Positions 62,756 to 64,000 of a DNA stretch of 64,000 bases are shown here, piece by piece; the stretch's first letter is position 1, and the number at the start of each line of letters is the position of its first letter. The notes below the pieces were generated by a model that made no database searches, was not told where the DNA came from, and saw only the letters and a program-made list of their open reading frames with translations. A program made the position numbers and the translations under genes. The stretch is taken from assembly GCA_002269645.1 (NCBI GenBank), contig NIVC01003331.1:1-64000 (forward strand), given 5' to 3'. The stretch is from Macrostomum lignano (taxonomy: Eukaryota).

Positions 62756-63755
62756 TATCCGCGTACGTATCCGTGTGCCTGCTCACTGTGTAGCACCACA
62801 GTCAGGATAAGTAGAATTACTAAGGCAGGAAGATCTTACTTGTCACCCATTCCATGGTCAGTTGCGGCTTTACAAAATTCGCTGCTAATGAGAGACTGAG
62901 AAAGAGAACTCCAGGCACGAAGGATATAAAAGCTTCCTTATGACGAGGAACTGAGAAGGGTTAAGCGCACGGAAATATGAGGTTAGGCAGGCTGGTTTGA
63001 ATCCGGGCAGACGCCTTTATAGAAGGAAGTGACTGAAGTCTCTCAGCTTCAGACCGTCCAACCTCTTATTTCTTTTCTACCTACCTTCTTTTTTCGTTTA
63101 ACTCAATTACCTGCCCGACCCGTTAACTAAGGAAGTTAATGCGACCGCTTCGAAGGACCTTCCTTAGCTTTGAGCAACCTCGTCTCCCTTTCTATAATCT
63201 AGTGTCTCATTTTAGAGACAAGCCTGACTGACTTTGTGACACATTTCGCGGGCTCGAAATGGCTTAATCACGACAAACTGAGTGCATTTTTGGGGTCAAA
63301 TTAGTCCATTTGGCATGCAACTTTACCTTTTTTTCAAGTTACACAGCCTAACTTAATTATAATTGAGAGCTTAATTACCCTAAATAAGGCACGCAAAGTC
63401 AGTTGAGCGTCAAATGATAAATGTAATTTCGTCAGCTAACTGGTTTTATTTTTGAGTAGCGAGACTCGCTTCAGTTCAACCACCACAAAAAAATGTAATC
63501 AGTTTTCTTGACCAGAGTGCTTTGAGTGCTTTGAATAAAGTTTTCAGTTTCAGAGCGCAAATGCTACTTGCAGCGACCGCAAGTTTTCGCGCATAGACGG
63601 TGCAGCGTAGAGCACATTCCCGAGTGCTTGATTGCTTGACAATCGTGCGCCTTGATTTGATCGTTGCAATCTAAAAAGAGTTAGAAATTGTAGATCACTA
63701 TAGTGAATTTGTTCATGCTTGTAAAAAGTAATTTGACGTCAAGGACGGTTCTTAC

Positions 63756-64000
63756 CAGAGGCGGCACTGACGCATTTCTCGCTTCGGGTGATCTTCTTAG
63801 CCACGCAGCGGCGCCGACCGGGGTAGGTGACATAATACCGAGTGCAAACAACGCGACGGCCGCACTTGCACCGAGACCGGCTAACGCTACGCTTGGGACA
63901 CTTCGGCGAGCACGCGAATGTGTTCTTATGGTGGCGCACAATGCAGCGATGCTTACGACTGTTGCGCTCCGTGAATGTACTCGTCACCACGCGGTGCCAG
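63756..64000 (-). CDS. Internal exon, truncated by the window edge, of a Cys/Arg/Lys-rich protein
   Basis: Open frame WHRVVTSTFTERNSRKHRCIVRHHKNTFACSPKCPKRSVSRSRCKCGRRVVCTRYYVTYPGRRRCVAKKITRSEKCVSAAS, GC-rich, ending at a strong donor G|GTAAGA (63755). Confidence 0.7.

Noticed and set aside
62880-62990. CR1/L2 LINE 3-prime fragment (LPYDEELRR)
   Set aside because: The similarity is too short to support a call.

Overview
Eukaryotic (metazoan) genomic DNA with GC-rich exons, GT-AG introns largely filled with tandem repeats, and TTAGGG-type interstitial repeats. The style suggests an invertebrate such as the flatworm Macrostomum, but this is inference only. 1-15.7 kb: a ~440-bp degenerate repeat running into a ~14.6-kb array of a 22-23-bp satellite. 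15.7-19 kb: Helitron-like non-autonomous element ends and a pyrimidine tract with (TTAGGG)4. 19.5-30 kb: a CpG-poor block of decayed transposon sequence. It contains a pseudogenised, intron-bearing pogo/Fot1-type DDE transposase whose reading frame continues into an OTU deubiquitinase-like domain, which is the most unusual item in the window. Host genes: a 3-exon OTUD7/Cezanne-like deubiquitinase (+, 30324-36291); an intronless TRIM-like coiled-coil/beta-propeller protein (+); a secreted LamG/ConA-like protein (+); an orphan coiled-coil protein (-); a 5-exon TRAF4/trf-1-like gene (+, 49416-56880); and a putative single-pass membrane protein (-) that may be spliced to a Cys/Arg-rich exon cut by the window edge. 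Also present are tRNA-derived SINEs (one CORE-like), hAT and Ginger-like fragments, and many mini- and microsatellites. There is no CRISPR array, rRNA or intact tRNA. All homology calls come from motif recognition by eye; no database search was run.
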